Shown here: positions 7,397-16,864 of the stretch, piece by piece
How positions within the stretch are numbered: position 1 is the stretch's first letter
How the letters are laid out: each line of letters opens with the position of its first letter
Assembly: GCF_000145295.1 (NCBI RefSeq)
Contig: NC_014408.1
Coordinates: 750,001 to 782,000 of the forward strand
Direction of reading: 5' to 3'
Length of the DNA: 32,000 nt
Source of the DNA: Methanothermobacter marburgensis str. Marburg
GTDB taxonomy: Archaea; Methanobacteriota; Methanobacteria; Methanobacteriales; Methanothermobacteraceae
The notes under the pieces: model-generated
What the model was told of the DNA's origin: nothing
Databases searched by the model: none
Seen by the model: only the letters and a program-made list of their open reading frames with translations
Made by a program: the position numbers and the translations under genes

Positions 7397-9340
7397 ATGA
7401 AATTTAAACTGGTATCAGATTACAGACCCCTCGGGGATCAGCCAAAGGCGATAAGGTCCCTCGTTGAGGGTATAAACGCGGGGATGAGGGAACAGACCCT
7501 TCTGGGGGTCACAGGGTCAGGTAAGACCTTCACCATCGCCAATGTCATCGAGGAGGTCCAGAAACCAACGCTGGTCATATCCCACAACAAGACACTGGCT
7601 GCGCAGCTCTACGAGGAGTTCAGGGAGTTCTTCCCTGATAACGCGGTGGAGTACTTCGTGAGCTACTATGACTTCTACCAGCCAGAGGCCTACATACCAC
7701 AGACAGACACCTACATAGACAAGGAGGCCTCAATAAACGATGAGATAGACCGGATGAGACACTCGGCCACCCAGGCACTCCTATCCAGGGACGACGTTAT
7801 AGTGGTATCCAGTGTATCCTGCATCTACGGCATAGGGGCCCCCGCAGATTACGGTGAGTTCACCCTCCACCTTGAGGTGGGCTCCTCCATAGGGAGGGAG
7901 GAGATCCTCTCAAGCCTTGTCAGCATGCAGTACGAGAGGAACGACGTGGAATTCGACAGGGGCCAGTTCAGGGTCCGCGGCGACACCATAGAGATAAACC
8001 CCATCCACGGAACACCACCAATCAGGATAGAGCTGTTCGGGGACGAGGTGGACTCCATATCAACCGTCCACAGGGTAACAGGTAAGAGGCTCCAGAAACT
8101 GGACCGCATAACGGTATTCCCTGCCAAGCACTTCGTGATCCCTGAGGACAGACTCCAGAGGGCCATAGAGTCGATAGAGGAGGAACTTGAGGATCGACTA
8201 AGGGAACTCAGGGCCCAGAATAAACTCCTTGAGGCCCAGCGCCTGGAGCAGAGGACGAGATTTGATATTGAAATGCTGCGGGAGATGGGATACTGCCAGG
8301 GCATAGAGAACTACTCAATGCACCTCAGCGGCAGGAAGTGGGGTGAGAAACCCAACACCCTCCTTGACTACTTCCCCGATGACTTCCTGACGGTCATTGA
8401 CGAATCACATGTGACCGTCCCCCAGATAAGGGGCATGTACAATGGTGACCGGGCAAGGAAGGAGACACTCGTTGAGTACGGCTTCAGACTCCCCAGTGCA
8501 AAGGAGAACCGTCCGCTACGCTTCGACGAATTCCAGGAGAGCATAAACCAGGTGATCTATGTATCTGCAACCCCGGGTAAATATGAGCTCTCCAGGAGCC
8601 AGAACATCGTTGAACAGATCATAAGGCCCACTGGCCTCGTGGACCCGGAGGTCAGGATCCGGCCTGTTAAGGGACAGGTTGACGACCTCCTCTCTGAGAT
8701 AAGAAGGAGGGTTGAACTTGGCCAGAGGGTTCTCGTAACCACCCTCACCAAGAGGATGGCAGAGGACCTCACCGACTATTATTCACGGGTTGGTGTGAGG
8801 GTGAGGTACCTCCACTCAGAGATAGATACCCTTGAGCGTGTTGAGATCATAGACGACCTCAGACGTGGCGAATTCGACTGCCTGGTGGGTGTGAACCTCC
8901 TCAGGGAGGGCCTGGACCTACCGGAGGTTTCACTGGTGGCGATCCTCGACGCCGACAGGGAGGGCTTCCTCAGATCAGAGACCTCCCTCATACAGACAAT
9001 CGGGAGGGCCGCCAGGAACGTCAACGGCCAGGTGCTGATATACGCCGACAGACTCACAGATGCGGTGAAAGCAGCGGTTGAGACCACCAACAGGCGAAGA
9101 AAGCTCCAGATGGAGTACAACCGCAGGCACGGTATAAAGCCAAGGAGCACAAGAAGGACCCTCAGGGAGAAGAAGGAGAAAGAGGAGATTAAGGCTGAGG
9201 AGATACCCCGGGATGAACTTGAAGTCATAATAAAGGACCTTGAGGCCGAGATGCGTGAGGCCGCAAGGAACCTGGAATTCGAGAGGGCCGCGAGACTCAG
9301 GGACCAGATAATGTCCCTTAAGGGGTCCTCATCAAAATAA
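7397..9340 (+). CDS. uvrB: excinuclease ABC subunit B
   Basis: Helicase motif I 'GVTGSGKT', a 'DESH' box, helicase C motifs and the C-terminal UVR motif '[16 protein letters not shown]'. The track start GTG 7394 is immediately followed by ATG 7397, which I prefer. Confidence 0.93.
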   Translation: MKFKLVSDYRPLGDQPKAIRSLVEGINAGMREQTLLGVTGSGKTFTIANVIEEVQKPTLVISHNKTLAAQLYEEFREFFPDNAVEYFVSYYDFYQPEAYIPQTDTYIDKEASINDEIDRMRHSATQALLSRDDVIVVSSVSCIYGIGAPADYGEFTLHLEVGSSIGREEILSSLVSMQYERNDVEFDRGQFRVRGDTIEINPIHGTPPIRIELFGDEVDSISTVHRVTGKRLQKLDRITVFPAKHFVIPEDRLQRAIESIEEELEDRLRELRAQNKLLEAQRLEQRTRFDIEMLREMGYCQGIENYSMHLSGRKWGEKPNTLLDYFPDDFLTVIDESHVTVPQIRGMYNGDRARKETLVEYGFRLPSAKENRPLRFDEFQESINQVIYVSATPGKYELSRSQNIVEQIIRPTGLVDPEVRIRPVKGQVDDLLSEIRRRVELGQRVLVTTLTKRMAEDLTDYYSRVGVRVRYLHSEIDTLERVEIIDDLRRGEFDCLVGVNLLREGLDLPEVSLVAILDADREGFLRSETSLIQTIGRAARNVNGQVLIYADRLTDAVKAAVETTNRRRKLQMEYNRRHGIKPRSTRRTLREKKEKEEIKAEEIPRDELEVIIKDLEAEMREAARNLEFERAARLRDQIMSLKGSSSK

Positions 9341-9379
9341 AACCGAACTTTATATGAATAAGTGGAGATTCTGAGAGTT

Positions 9380-12247
9380 ATGAGTGGAAAGATAGTTATT
9401 AAGGGTGCAAGGGAACACAACCTCCAGAACATTGACCTTGAACTCCCAAGGGATAAATTCATCGTTATAACAGGTATAAGCGGGTCAGGGAAGTCCTCCC
9501 TGGCCTTTGACACCATATACGCTGAGGGCCAGCGGAGATACGTTGAGTCCCTCTCAGCCTATGCAAGGCAGTTCCTGGGGCAGATGAAGAAGCCCGAGGT
9601 GGACTACATAGAGGGCCTCTCCCCTGCGATATCCATAGACCAGAAGACCACGAGGGTCAACCCCCGTTCAACCGTGGGGACCATAACAGAGATCTACGAC
9701 TACCTCCGGCTCCTCTTTGCAAGGATAGGTAAACCCCACTGCTACCTCTGCGGAAGGGAGATAGAGCAGCAGACATCAACCCAGATAGTGGACCGTATAA
9801 TGGAGGACGATGAGGGCACAAGGATCATCATACTGGCACCGGTGGTGAGGGACAGGAAGGGCGAGCACCAGAGGGTTTTTGAGAGGCTCAGGGAACAGGG
9901 ATTCGTAAGGGTCAGGGTTGATGGTGAAATAAGGGACCTTGACGAGGAATTCAATCTTGACAGAAACCGGAAACACTCGGTTGATGTGGTGGTGGACCGC
10001 CTTGCTGTTAGAAAGGACACTGAATTCAGGAAGAGGCTCGCGGACTCTGTTGAAACAGCCCTGGAGATGGGTGAGGGTACACTCCGGGTTCTCTACCATG
10101 ACACCGGCCATGAGAGGGTCTACAGTGAACACTTCGCCTGCCCTGACTGCGGCATAAACTTTGAGGAGATAAGCCCGAGGATGTTCTCATTCAACAGCCC
10201 CCATGGGGCATGTCCAGAGTGCAATGGGCTTGGAAGCAAACTTGAGATCGACCCTGACCTCGTCGTACCCTACCCTGAGCGATCCATAAATGAGGGGGCC
10301 ATAGTCCCATGGAGCAGGTCAGGTAAGAGGGACAACTACTACCACCAGATGCTGAGGGCTGTTGCAGAGCACTACGGCTTCAGCCTGGACACCCCCTTCG
10401 GTGAACTGGACGAGGAACACAGGAGGGCCATCCTCTACGGGACAGATGAGAAGATCCAGTTCGTATTCCAGCGTAAAAACAGAACCTACCGTGCTAACAG
10501 GCGCTTCGAGGGTGTTATACCCAGGATGGAAAGGATCTACATGGAGACCAAGTCCAACTACATGAGGACCTACATAGGTAAATTCATGAGCAACCATGCA
10601 TGCCCGGTCTGTAAGGGGAGCAGGTTGAGACCGGAGAGTCTCTCGGTCACTGTGGGTGGAAAATCAATACATGATGTTGTTGAAATGTCGGTTAGCGAGG
10701 CCCACAGCTTCTTTGAGGGCCTTGAACTCACCGGGAGGGAGGAGTACATCGCAAGGGAGATACTCAAGGAGATACGTGAGAGGCTACGGTTTCTGATTGA
10801 CGTGGGCCTGGACTACCTTACACTTTCAAGGTCCTCAGGCACACTCTCAGGTGGCGAGGCCCAGAGGATAAGGCTTGCAACCCAGATTGGATCGGGCCTC
10901 GTGGGGGTACTCTACATCCTGGACGAGCCCAGCATAGGCCTCCACCAGCGGGATAACATGAGGCTGATTGAGACACTCAAGAGACTCAGGGACCTGGGGA
11001 ACACCCTGATAGTGGTTGAACACGACGAGGAAACCATACTCTCCGCTGACCACGTGGTTGACATTGGACCCGGTGCCGGGGAACACGGTGGACACGTGGT
11101 TGCAGAGGGGACACCCCAGGAGATAATGGAGGACCCGGCATCCCTCACAGGGGCGTATCTATCGGGCCGGGAAACAATACCTGTACCCAAATTCAGGAGG
11201 GCTCATTCAGGGAAGTACCTCACGGTGAGGGGGGCCAGGGCCAACAACCTCAAGGACATCGATGTGAGGATCCCCCTGGGTGTCTTCACCTGCGTCACCG
11301 GCGTATCAGGTTCAGGTAAGAGTACACTGGTCAACGAGATACTCTACAGGGGGGTCTATGAGAGGCTCCACCATAAGCACATGAATGCAGGTGAGCACAC
11401 CGACATCGAGGGCCTTGAGCACATCGACAAGGTTGTGATGATAGACCAGTCACCAATCGGTAGAACACCAAGATCAAACCCCGCCACCTATACAGGTGTA
11501 TTCACCCATATAAGGGAACTCTTCGCCCAGACCCCCGAGGCAAAGAAGAGGGGCTACAGGCCAGGCAGGTTCAGTTTCAACGTCAAGGGGGGCCGCTGCG
11601 AGGCCTGCAGTGGTGACGGGATAATCAAAATAGAGATGCACTTCCTTGCAGACGTCTATGTCCCATGCGAGGTCTGCAGGGGAAGGAGGTACAATGAGGA
11701 GACCCTTGAGGTAAGATACAGGGGTAAGAACATAGCAGAGGTCCTTGATATGACCGTGGAGGAGGCCCTCGAGTTCTTTGAGAGCATACCCCAGGTGAGG
11801 AAGAAGCTGCAGACACTCTATGACGTGGGCCTTGGCTACATAAAGCTGGGTCAGCCAGCCACAACACTATCAGGTGGTGAGGCCCAGAGGGTCAAACTGG
11901 CAAAGGAACTTGGGAGGAAGAGCACCGGAAAAACGCTCTACATCCTTGATGAGCCAACCACAGGACTCCACTTCGATGACATCAAGAAACTCCTCAATGT
12001 CCTGGGAAGGCTTGTGGACGCAGGTAACACAGCCGTTGTGATAGAACACAACCTTGATGTTATAAAGTCTGCGGACCACATCATAGACCTTGGACCTGAG
12101 GGAGGTGACAGGGGAGGCCTTGTGGTTGCTGAGGGTACACCAGAGGAGGTTGCTAACTCAGGAACGCACACTGGCAGATTCCTCAGGGACGTCCTCAGCG
12201 GGGTGCAGAATGAGAGTGTCCCCGTGGGACAGGACACCGGAAAGTAG
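9380..12247 (+). CDS. uvrA: excinuclease ABC subunit A
   Basis: Two ABC ATPase modules are present ('GISGSGKSS' and 'GVSGSGKST' Walker A; 'LSGGEAQR' signature twice). CxxC zinc modules include 'CPDCG...CPECNG', 'CPVCKG' and 'CEACSGDG...CEVCRG'. ATG 9380 gives the canonical '[15 protein letters not shown]' start; GTG 9362 is the alternative. Confidence 0.93.
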   Translation: MSGKIVIKGAREHNLQNIDLELPRDKFIVITGISGSGKSSLAFDTIYAEGQRRYVESLSAYARQFLGQMKKPEVDYIEGLSPAISIDQKTTRVNPRSTVGTITEIYDYLRLLFARIGKPHCYLCGREIEQQTSTQIVDRIMEDDEGTRIIILAPVVRDRKGEHQRVFERLREQGFVRVRVDGEIRDLDEEFNLDRNRKHSVDVVVDRLAVRKDTEFRKRLADSVETALEMGEGTLRVLYHDTGHERVYSEHFACPDCGINFEEISPRMFSFNSPHGACPECNGLGSKLEIDPDLVVPYPERSINEGAIVPWSRSGKRDNYYHQMLRAVAEHYGFSLDTPFGELDEEHRRAILYGTDEKIQFVFQRKNRTYRANRRFEGVIPRMERIYMETKSNYMRTYIGKFMSNHACPVCKGSRLRPESLSVTVGGKSIHDVVEMSVSEAHSFFEGLELTGREEYIAREILKEIRERLRFLIDVGLDYLTLSRSSGTLSGGEAQRIRLATQIGSGLVGVLYILDEPSIGLHQRDNMRLIETLKRLRDLGNTLIVVEHDEETILSADHVVDIGPGAGEHGGHVVAEGTPQEIMEDPASLTGAYLSGRETIPVPKFRRAHSGKYLTVRGARANNLKDIDVRIPLGVFTCVTGVSGSGKSTLVNEILYRGVYERLHHKHMNAGEHTDIEGLEHIDKVVMIDQSPIGRTPRSNPATYTGVFTHIRELFAQTPEAKKRGYRPGRFSFNVKGGRCEACSGDGIIKIEMHFLADVYVPCEVCRGRRYNEETLEVRYRGKNIAEVLDMTVEEALEFFESIPQVRKKLQTLYDVGLGYIKLGQPATTLSGGEAQRVKLAKELGRKSTGKTLYILDEPTTGLHFDDIKKLLNVLGRLVDAGNTAVVIEHNLDVIKSADHIIDLGPEGGDRGGLVVAEGTPEEVANSGTHTGRFLRDVLSGVQNESVPVGQDTGK

Positions 12248-12276
12248 CGGGTTTGCCTGCTCTCAGTGATCAGTTT

Positions 12277-12306
12277 CCCGGTTAATTCTTCACCGGGTCT
12301 TTTTTA
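12277..12306 (+). terminator. hairpin plus T-tract downstream of uvrA
   Basis: 'CCCGGT' (12277-12282) pairs with 'ACCGGG' (12292-12297) and is followed by 'TCTTTTTT'. It lies 30 nt after the uvrA stop. Confidence 0.5.
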
Positions 12307-12330
12307 AACCACATACCCCTTCCATATTCT

Positions 12331-12387
12331 TTATCGTAAGATAAAGGTGTTTTACTCTACTTATTGTAAGATAAAAGTGTTTCACTC
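12331..12387. repeat. two tandem 30-bp-period repeats upstream of the kinase operon
   Basis: 'TTATCGTAAGATAAAGGTGTTTTACTC' (12331-12357) and 'TTATTGTAAGATAAAAGTGTTTCACTC' (12361-12387) differ at 3 positions. They are followed by the palindrome 'TCCTTTAAAGGA' (12391-12402). Confidence 0.75.
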
Positions 12388-12405
12388 CACTCCTTTAAAG
12401 GAAAT

Positions 12406-12414
12406 TTTTTATAT
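12406..12414 (+). promoter_or_regulatory. candidate TATA box for the kinase/regulator operon (near-leaderless)
   Basis: 'TTTTTATAT' lies 31-39 nt upstream of ATG 12445. No Shine-Dalgarno-like sequence lies between them. Confidence 0.35.
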
Positions 12415-12444
12415 GATCATCCCCATAAATTTTATGTGGTTATC

Positions 12445-13473
12445 ATGAAATACCGTGAAGACCTTCTGATGATGATTGCAGCGGCAGTTATGATGTTATC
12501 CTTCAACTGGATACATGGAATTTTTCTGATTTTACCTCTCATCGCAATCCCAAAACCCTCAGGAAGGGTAATTAAATGGGCTCTTTTTGCTTTTGCAGTA
12601 TTCACGGCTTTACTCATAATTCAGCCAATGACACGCGCAGTTGGATTCAACATATCAGATGAACTCTTCAGGATAGTCCTCCTGATGCTCTTCACAGTAA
12701 TGATCGCACTACTCATTGAGAGGATTGAGAAGGTCCGCTCCCTAAGAGAACTGAACAGGGAACTGGCAAAAAAGGCCGCAGAACTTGAGGATGCCAATAA
12801 GGAACTGGAGGCATTTGCATACTCAGTCTCACATGACCTCCGCGTCCCTTTAAGGGCCATCGACGGGTTCTCAAGGATACTTGTTGAGGACTATGAGGAT
12901 AAACTTGATGATGATGGTCTCAGGGTCATTGGAATAATCAGGGAGAACACAAAGAAGATGGGGCAGCTCATCGACGACATCCTCCTCCTATCAAGGGCTG
13001 GAAGGCAGGAGATTAACCCTGTGACTCTGGACATGAGGGAACTTGCAGAGTCAACCTACCGGGAACTTGCCTCACAGGAGGAGGGAAGGGTCATAGAGTT
13101 TTCGGTGGAGGACCTCCCCCCTGCAATGGCAGACAGGGTCCTAATGGGGCAGGTGATGGGTAACCTCCTCTCAAACGCCATAAAATTCACAAGGGACAGG
13201 AACCCAGCAAGGATTGAGGTGGGATACATGGACGGGGGCGATGAGCACATCTACTATGTCAGGGATAACGGGGCAGGATTTGACATGAAGTATGTGGGAA
13301 AACTCTTTGGACTCTTCCAGAGACTCCACAGTCAGGAGGAATTTGAGGGAACCGGCGTGGGCCTCTCAATAGTCCAGAGGATAATAAAGAGGCATGGAGG
13401 AAGAGTCTGGGGTGAAGGTGAGGTTGATGCCGGCGCAACAATATACTTCACATTACCAAAGGCGGTGGGATAA
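12445..13473 (+). CDS. membrane-bound sensor histidine kinase (classical HisKA + HATPase_c)
   Basis: About four hydrophobic helices are followed by a coiled-coil. H-box is '[19 protein letters not shown]', N-box 'LLSNAIKFT', G-boxes 'VRDNGAGFD' and 'GTGVGLSIV'. I prefer ATG 12445; the track uses in-frame GTG 12436. The stop TAA 13471-13473 overlaps the next ATG by 1 nt. Confidence 0.88.
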   Translation: MKYREDLLMMIAAAVMMLSFNWIHGIFLILPLIAIPKPSGRVIKWALFAFAVFTALLIIQPMTRAVGFNISDELFRIVLLMLFTVMIALLIERIEKVRSLRELNRELAKKAAELEDANKELEAFAYSVSHDLRVPLRAIDGFSRILVEDYEDKLDDDGLRVIGIIRENTKKMGQLIDDILLLSRAGRQEINPVTLDMRELAESTYRELASQEEGRVIEFSVEDLPPAMADRVLMGQVMGNLLSNAIKFTRDRNPARIEVGYMDGGDEHIYYVRDNGAGFDMKYVGKLFGLFQRLHSQEEFEGTGVGLSIVQRIIKRHGGRVWGEGEVDAGATIYFTLPKAVG

Positions 13474-13907
13474 TGACAGATACAGATATACTCCTTGTTG
13501 AGGACAACCCGACAGACGCTGAACTGACAATAAGGGCACTGAAGAAAAACAACCTTGCAAACAAGCTCCACTGGGTCAAGGATGGTGCAGAGGCCCTTGA
13601 CTACATATTTGCAAGGGGATCCTACTCTGAGAGGGACCCTGATAATCTCCCGAAGCTCATACTCCTTGACCTCAGGATGCCCAAGGTTGATGGGCTTGAG
13701 GTTCTCCAGGAGATTAAGAGAAATGAAAGCACATCCAGAATCCCGGTGGTGGTTTTGACTTCATCCAAGGAGGACCGGGATATAGTTGAGAGCTACAAGC
13801 TTGGGGTTAACAGCTACGTGAGCAAACCCGTGGAATTCGATGAATTCATAAACGCGGTTTCAACCCTGGGATTCTACTGGATGATCATAAATCAGCCACC
13901 TGAGTAG
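13473..13907 (+). CDS. stand-alone CheY-like response regulator (receiver only)
   Basis: '[10 protein letters not shown]', '[13 protein letters not shown]', 'VVVLTSS' and 'YVSKP' are the canonical acidic pocket, phospho-Asp, Thr/Ser and Lys positions. There is a 'TAATG' overlap with the upstream kinase and 'GGTGGGA' upstream. Confidence 0.9.
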   Translation: MTDTDILLVEDNPTDAELTIRALKKNNLANKLHWVKDGAEALDYIFARGSYSERDPDNLPKLILLDLRMPKVDGLEVLQEIKRNESTSRIPVVVLTSSKEDRDIVESYKLGVNSYVSKPVEFDEFINAVSTLGFYWMIINQPPE

Positions 13908-13937
13908 TTCGCATGGTGTATATTCAGAGGATTTCCA

Positions 13938-15689
13938 ATGTCAGAAAAGGTTAAGGTGCTGATCCTTGAGGACGTCCCCCTTGACGCTGAACTTGTCATA
14001 AGGGAGCTTGAGAGGGATGGTATAGACTTCCAACATCTCACAGTTGACAGTGAGGACTCCTTCAGAAGGGCCCTTGAGGAATTCCAGCCAGACATCATCC
14101 TGGCCGACCATGCCCTCCCCGACTTTGACGGTGTATCAGCCCTGAGGATAGTGAGGGAGAGAGATAATATCCCCTTCATATTCGTGAGTGGAAAGATTGG
14201 GGAGGAATTTGCCGTTGAGATGCTGAAGGCGGGGGCAACAGATTACGTACTCAAAAATAACCTTTCAAAGTTACCCCTGGCTTTCAGGAGGGCCCTTCAG
14301 GAAGCAGAAGAGGAGAGAAAGGTCCGGGAGGCTCAGAGGGCCCTTGAAGAGAGTGAAAGGAAATATAGGGCCCTCTTTGAGAAATCAGGTAACCCAATAT
14401 TAATATGTTCACCCGAAGGCACAATACTTGACGTTAACCCTGCTGCAGCGGGATTCCTCAAATCATTTGCTGATGATATAACCGGCAGAAACATCAGTGA
14501 ATGGATCAGTGAGGAGGACTTTAAAAGGCTCATGGGGGACTGCGAGGGTGGCCCTATGAAGTTCACAGTGGGTCTACGGGGCCGCACCCTCGACGTATCC
14601 GTAACAGCGGTTGAGGTGGATGATGAAAAGCTTATTTACTTGATGGGCAAGGATATCACGGTCCAGAAGAGGATTGAAAAGGAACTTAAGGCCAGCAAGG
14701 AGGAGTACAGGGTAATATTTGAGAATACAGGTACCCTCACAATTATCTGTGGCAGTGATATGGTGATAGAGCTTGCAAACAGTGCCTTTGAAAGGTTTTC
14801 TGGTTACAGCAAGGGGGAAATACAGGGTTACATGAAGCTCACGGACTTTGTGGATCCCTCTGATGCAGGGCGTATAGAGGCATACCACAGACTAATGTCA
14901 GTTAACCCTGATGCCATACCGAAGAACTTTGAGCTCACACTCAAAAACAGGAGGGGTGAGGAGAGGAACTTCTTTGCAACGACGGTTACCATCCCTGGGA
15001 GCAAGAAGTGCCTTCTATCCCTCATGGATATAACCCATAAGAAGTCGGTTGAGAAGCGCCTTCGAGAATCCCTTAAGGAGAAGGAGCTGCTCCTCAGGGA
15101 GATACACCACAGGGTCAAGAACAACCTCCAGATAATATCAACCCTCCTGATGCTGCAGGCATCCATCACAGGGGACCCCCGACTGCGGGAACTCTACATG
15201 GACAGCCAGCACAGGATAGAGGCCATATCGCTCATACATGAAAAGCTCTACGAGTCAAGGGACCTATCACGGGTCAACCTCAGGGACTACATCAAGACAC
15301 TTCTCAGTGACCTCCTTGACTCATACGGTGCAGATAGAAGTGAGATAGATGTGAGAATCCGCGTGGATGATGTGATGCTTAACATCGAAACAGCAATTCC
15401 CTGTGGCCTCATAATAAATGAACTTGTAACCAACAGTATAAAGTACGCATTCCCTGATGATGGAGGCGAAATTACCGTGGAGGTTCACAGAAATGGTGGC
15501 CGTTACACCCTCATCGTTTCAGATAACGGTGTGGGCCTGCCAGAGGACCTTGACCTTGAGAATATCAGCACCCTGGGTCTAAGGATTGTGAGAAACCTTG
15601 TGGATCAGATAAATGGTGAACTCAAGATAGAGAGGCCCGCCAGGTTCACGGTGAAATTCCGTGAGGTTGAGTACAGTAAGAGGTTTTAG
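13938..15689 (+). CDS. hybrid sensor kinase: REC - PAS - PAS - HisKA_2-type kinase core
   Basis: N-terminal REC ('VLILEDV', 'IILADHALP', 'FIFVSG', 'YVLKNN'). Two PAS openings ('KYRALFEKSGNPILIC', 'EYRVIFENTGTLTII'). H-box 'EIHHRVKNNLQIISTLL', then 'ELVTNSIKYAFP' and 'VSDNGVGLP'. Confidence 0.9.
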   Translation: MSEKVKVLILEDVPLDAELVIRELERDGIDFQHLTVDSEDSFRRALEEFQPDIILADHALPDFDGVSALRIVRERDNIPFIFVSGKIGEEFAVEMLKAGATDYVLKNNLSKLPLAFRRALQEAEEERKVREAQRALEESERKYRALFEKSGNPILICSPEGTILDVNPAAAGFLKSFADDITGRNISEWISEEDFKRLMGDCEGGPMKFTVGLRGRTLDVSVTAVEVDDEKLIYLMGKDITVQKRIEKELKASKEEYRVIFENTGTLTIICGSDMVIELANSAFERFSGYSKGEIQGYMKLTDFVDPSDAGRIEAYHRLMSVNPDAIPKNFELTLKNRRGEERNFFATTVTIPGSKKCLLSLMDITHKKSVEKRLRESLKEKELLLREIHHRVKNNLQIISTLLMLQASITGDPRLRELYMDSQHRIEAISLIHEKLYESRDLSRVNLRDYIKTLLSDLLDSYGADRSEIDVRIRVDDVMLNIETAIPCGLIINELVTNSIKYAFPDDGGEITVEVHRNGGRYTLIVSDNGVGLPEDLDLENISTLGLRIVRNLVDQINGELKIERPARFTVKFREVEYSKRF

Positions 15690-15828
15690 GTTCAGGATGA
15701 CTATCAGATTCCGGTAACAATTCATCCTTCAAATCAGGTACAGTAAGAGGTTCAGGTTTAAATGATTATCAGGTCCCGGTAATTCATCCTTCAAATCAGG
15801 TACAGTAAGTGGTTTCAGGTTCCAGATG
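15671..15828. repeat. tandem 67/62-bp repeat (2.4 copies) starting inside the last 6 codons of the kinase gene
   Basis: Copies start at 15671, 15738 and 15800, each opening 'GTACAGTAAG(A/T)GG' and ending '...TTCATCCTTCAAATCAG'. The kinase stop TAG (15687-15689) lies inside copy 1. Confidence 0.8.
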
Positions 15829-15947
15829 TGCTTGCTTTTAAACTGCCACAGGCGGCTTAAAGGTCAGATTTCACATCAAATTTTAAGTTTCAGTGATTCC
15901 AGAATGACTGAGGATCATCTGAATTAAAAAGATCTTGGGGAGATTTT

Positions 15948-16781
15948 ATGGCAAGAATTCTTGTTGTTGAGGACGAGGCCATAGTGGCAATGGGTATAAG
16001 ACACAAACTTGAGACAATGGGCCATGAGGTGGTGGATACCGTCTCAACAGGCAGGGACGCCATAAGGGCAAGTAAGATACATGAACCAGACCTTGTCCTC
16101 ATGGATATAGTTCTCAAGGGTGAAATGGACGGAATAGAGGCCGCAAAGGAGATAAGGGACCGCTTCAACATCCCCATAATCTACCTCACAGCCTACGCCG
16201 ATGAGGAGATGCTGGCACGTGCAAAGATAACAGAGCCCTACGGGTACATTGTGAAACCCTTCAAATCGTCTGAACTCAACGCCAACATTGAGATGGCGAT
16301 ATACCGGCACAGGTCTGCAATGAGGGAAATGGAACTCATGAGGAAGAGGATAATCTCAGACTTCTACAACTTCATCCTCAATGCAATGCCCTCACCAGAT
16401 GCCGATAGGGATGAAATCAGGGAATTGCTATCAAGGATATTCAGGGATAGGATCATATCTGAACTTAAACCTGGATTTGAATCATCTATGGGGGAATCCC
16501 CCTACGAGGACCCGCTTGAGGCATACCTTGCATGGGTTGCAGATGTATTTGAGAACTTCACTATCAGGGTGGGCTTTCTTGAGGATGATGAGAATGTCTA
16601 CGTTGAATTCGAGAACTGCCCATGGATTGATGATGCAGGGAAGAACCCTGGATTCTGCCTCAACTGTGAGGCCATTCTCAAGCTGAGCTGGGACTGGAGT
16701 GGACTTCCTGGTGATTTCAGGGCACTTGATCACATTGCTGATGGATCAGAGAGGTGCCTCTTCAGGTTCAGCGTGAAGTAA
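15948..16781 (+). CDS. response regulator: REC + methanogen-type output domain (MetOD1-like)
   Basis: ATG 15948 has 'GGGGAG' 5 nt upstream. The REC domain is about 60% identical by eye to the REC of 4575-5291 ('ILVVEDEAIVAM', '[18 protein letters not shown]', 'YLTAYADE', 'IVKPF'). The C-terminal ~140 aa carry 'CPW...NPGFCLNCE...ERCLFRF'. Confidence 0.88.
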   Translation: MARILVVEDEAIVAMGIRHKLETMGHEVVDTVSTGRDAIRASKIHEPDLVLMDIVLKGEMDGIEAAKEIRDRFNIPIIYLTAYADEEMLARAKITEPYGYIVKPFKSSELNANIEMAIYRHRSAMREMELMRKRIISDFYNFILNAMPSPDADRDEIRELLSRIFRDRIISELKPGFESSMGESPYEDPLEAYLAWVADVFENFTIRVGFLEDDENVYVEFENCPWIDDAGKNPGFCLNCEAILKLSWDWSGLPGDFRALDHIADGSERCLFRFSVK

Positions 16782-16864
16782 TCGTTTCACTGGACTCGAA
16801 AACCATATACCCCACACAAACCTTTCAAAGGTTCAGCGTTAAATAATCTTTTCAGTGGTCTGGA

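Noticed and set aside
9362-9379. GTG 9362 as the uvrA start
   Set aside because: It is not excluded, since GGAG at 9364-9367 would then be internal. ATG 9380 gives the canonical UvrA N-terminus '[15 protein letters not shown]'. I kept 9362 as the alternative.
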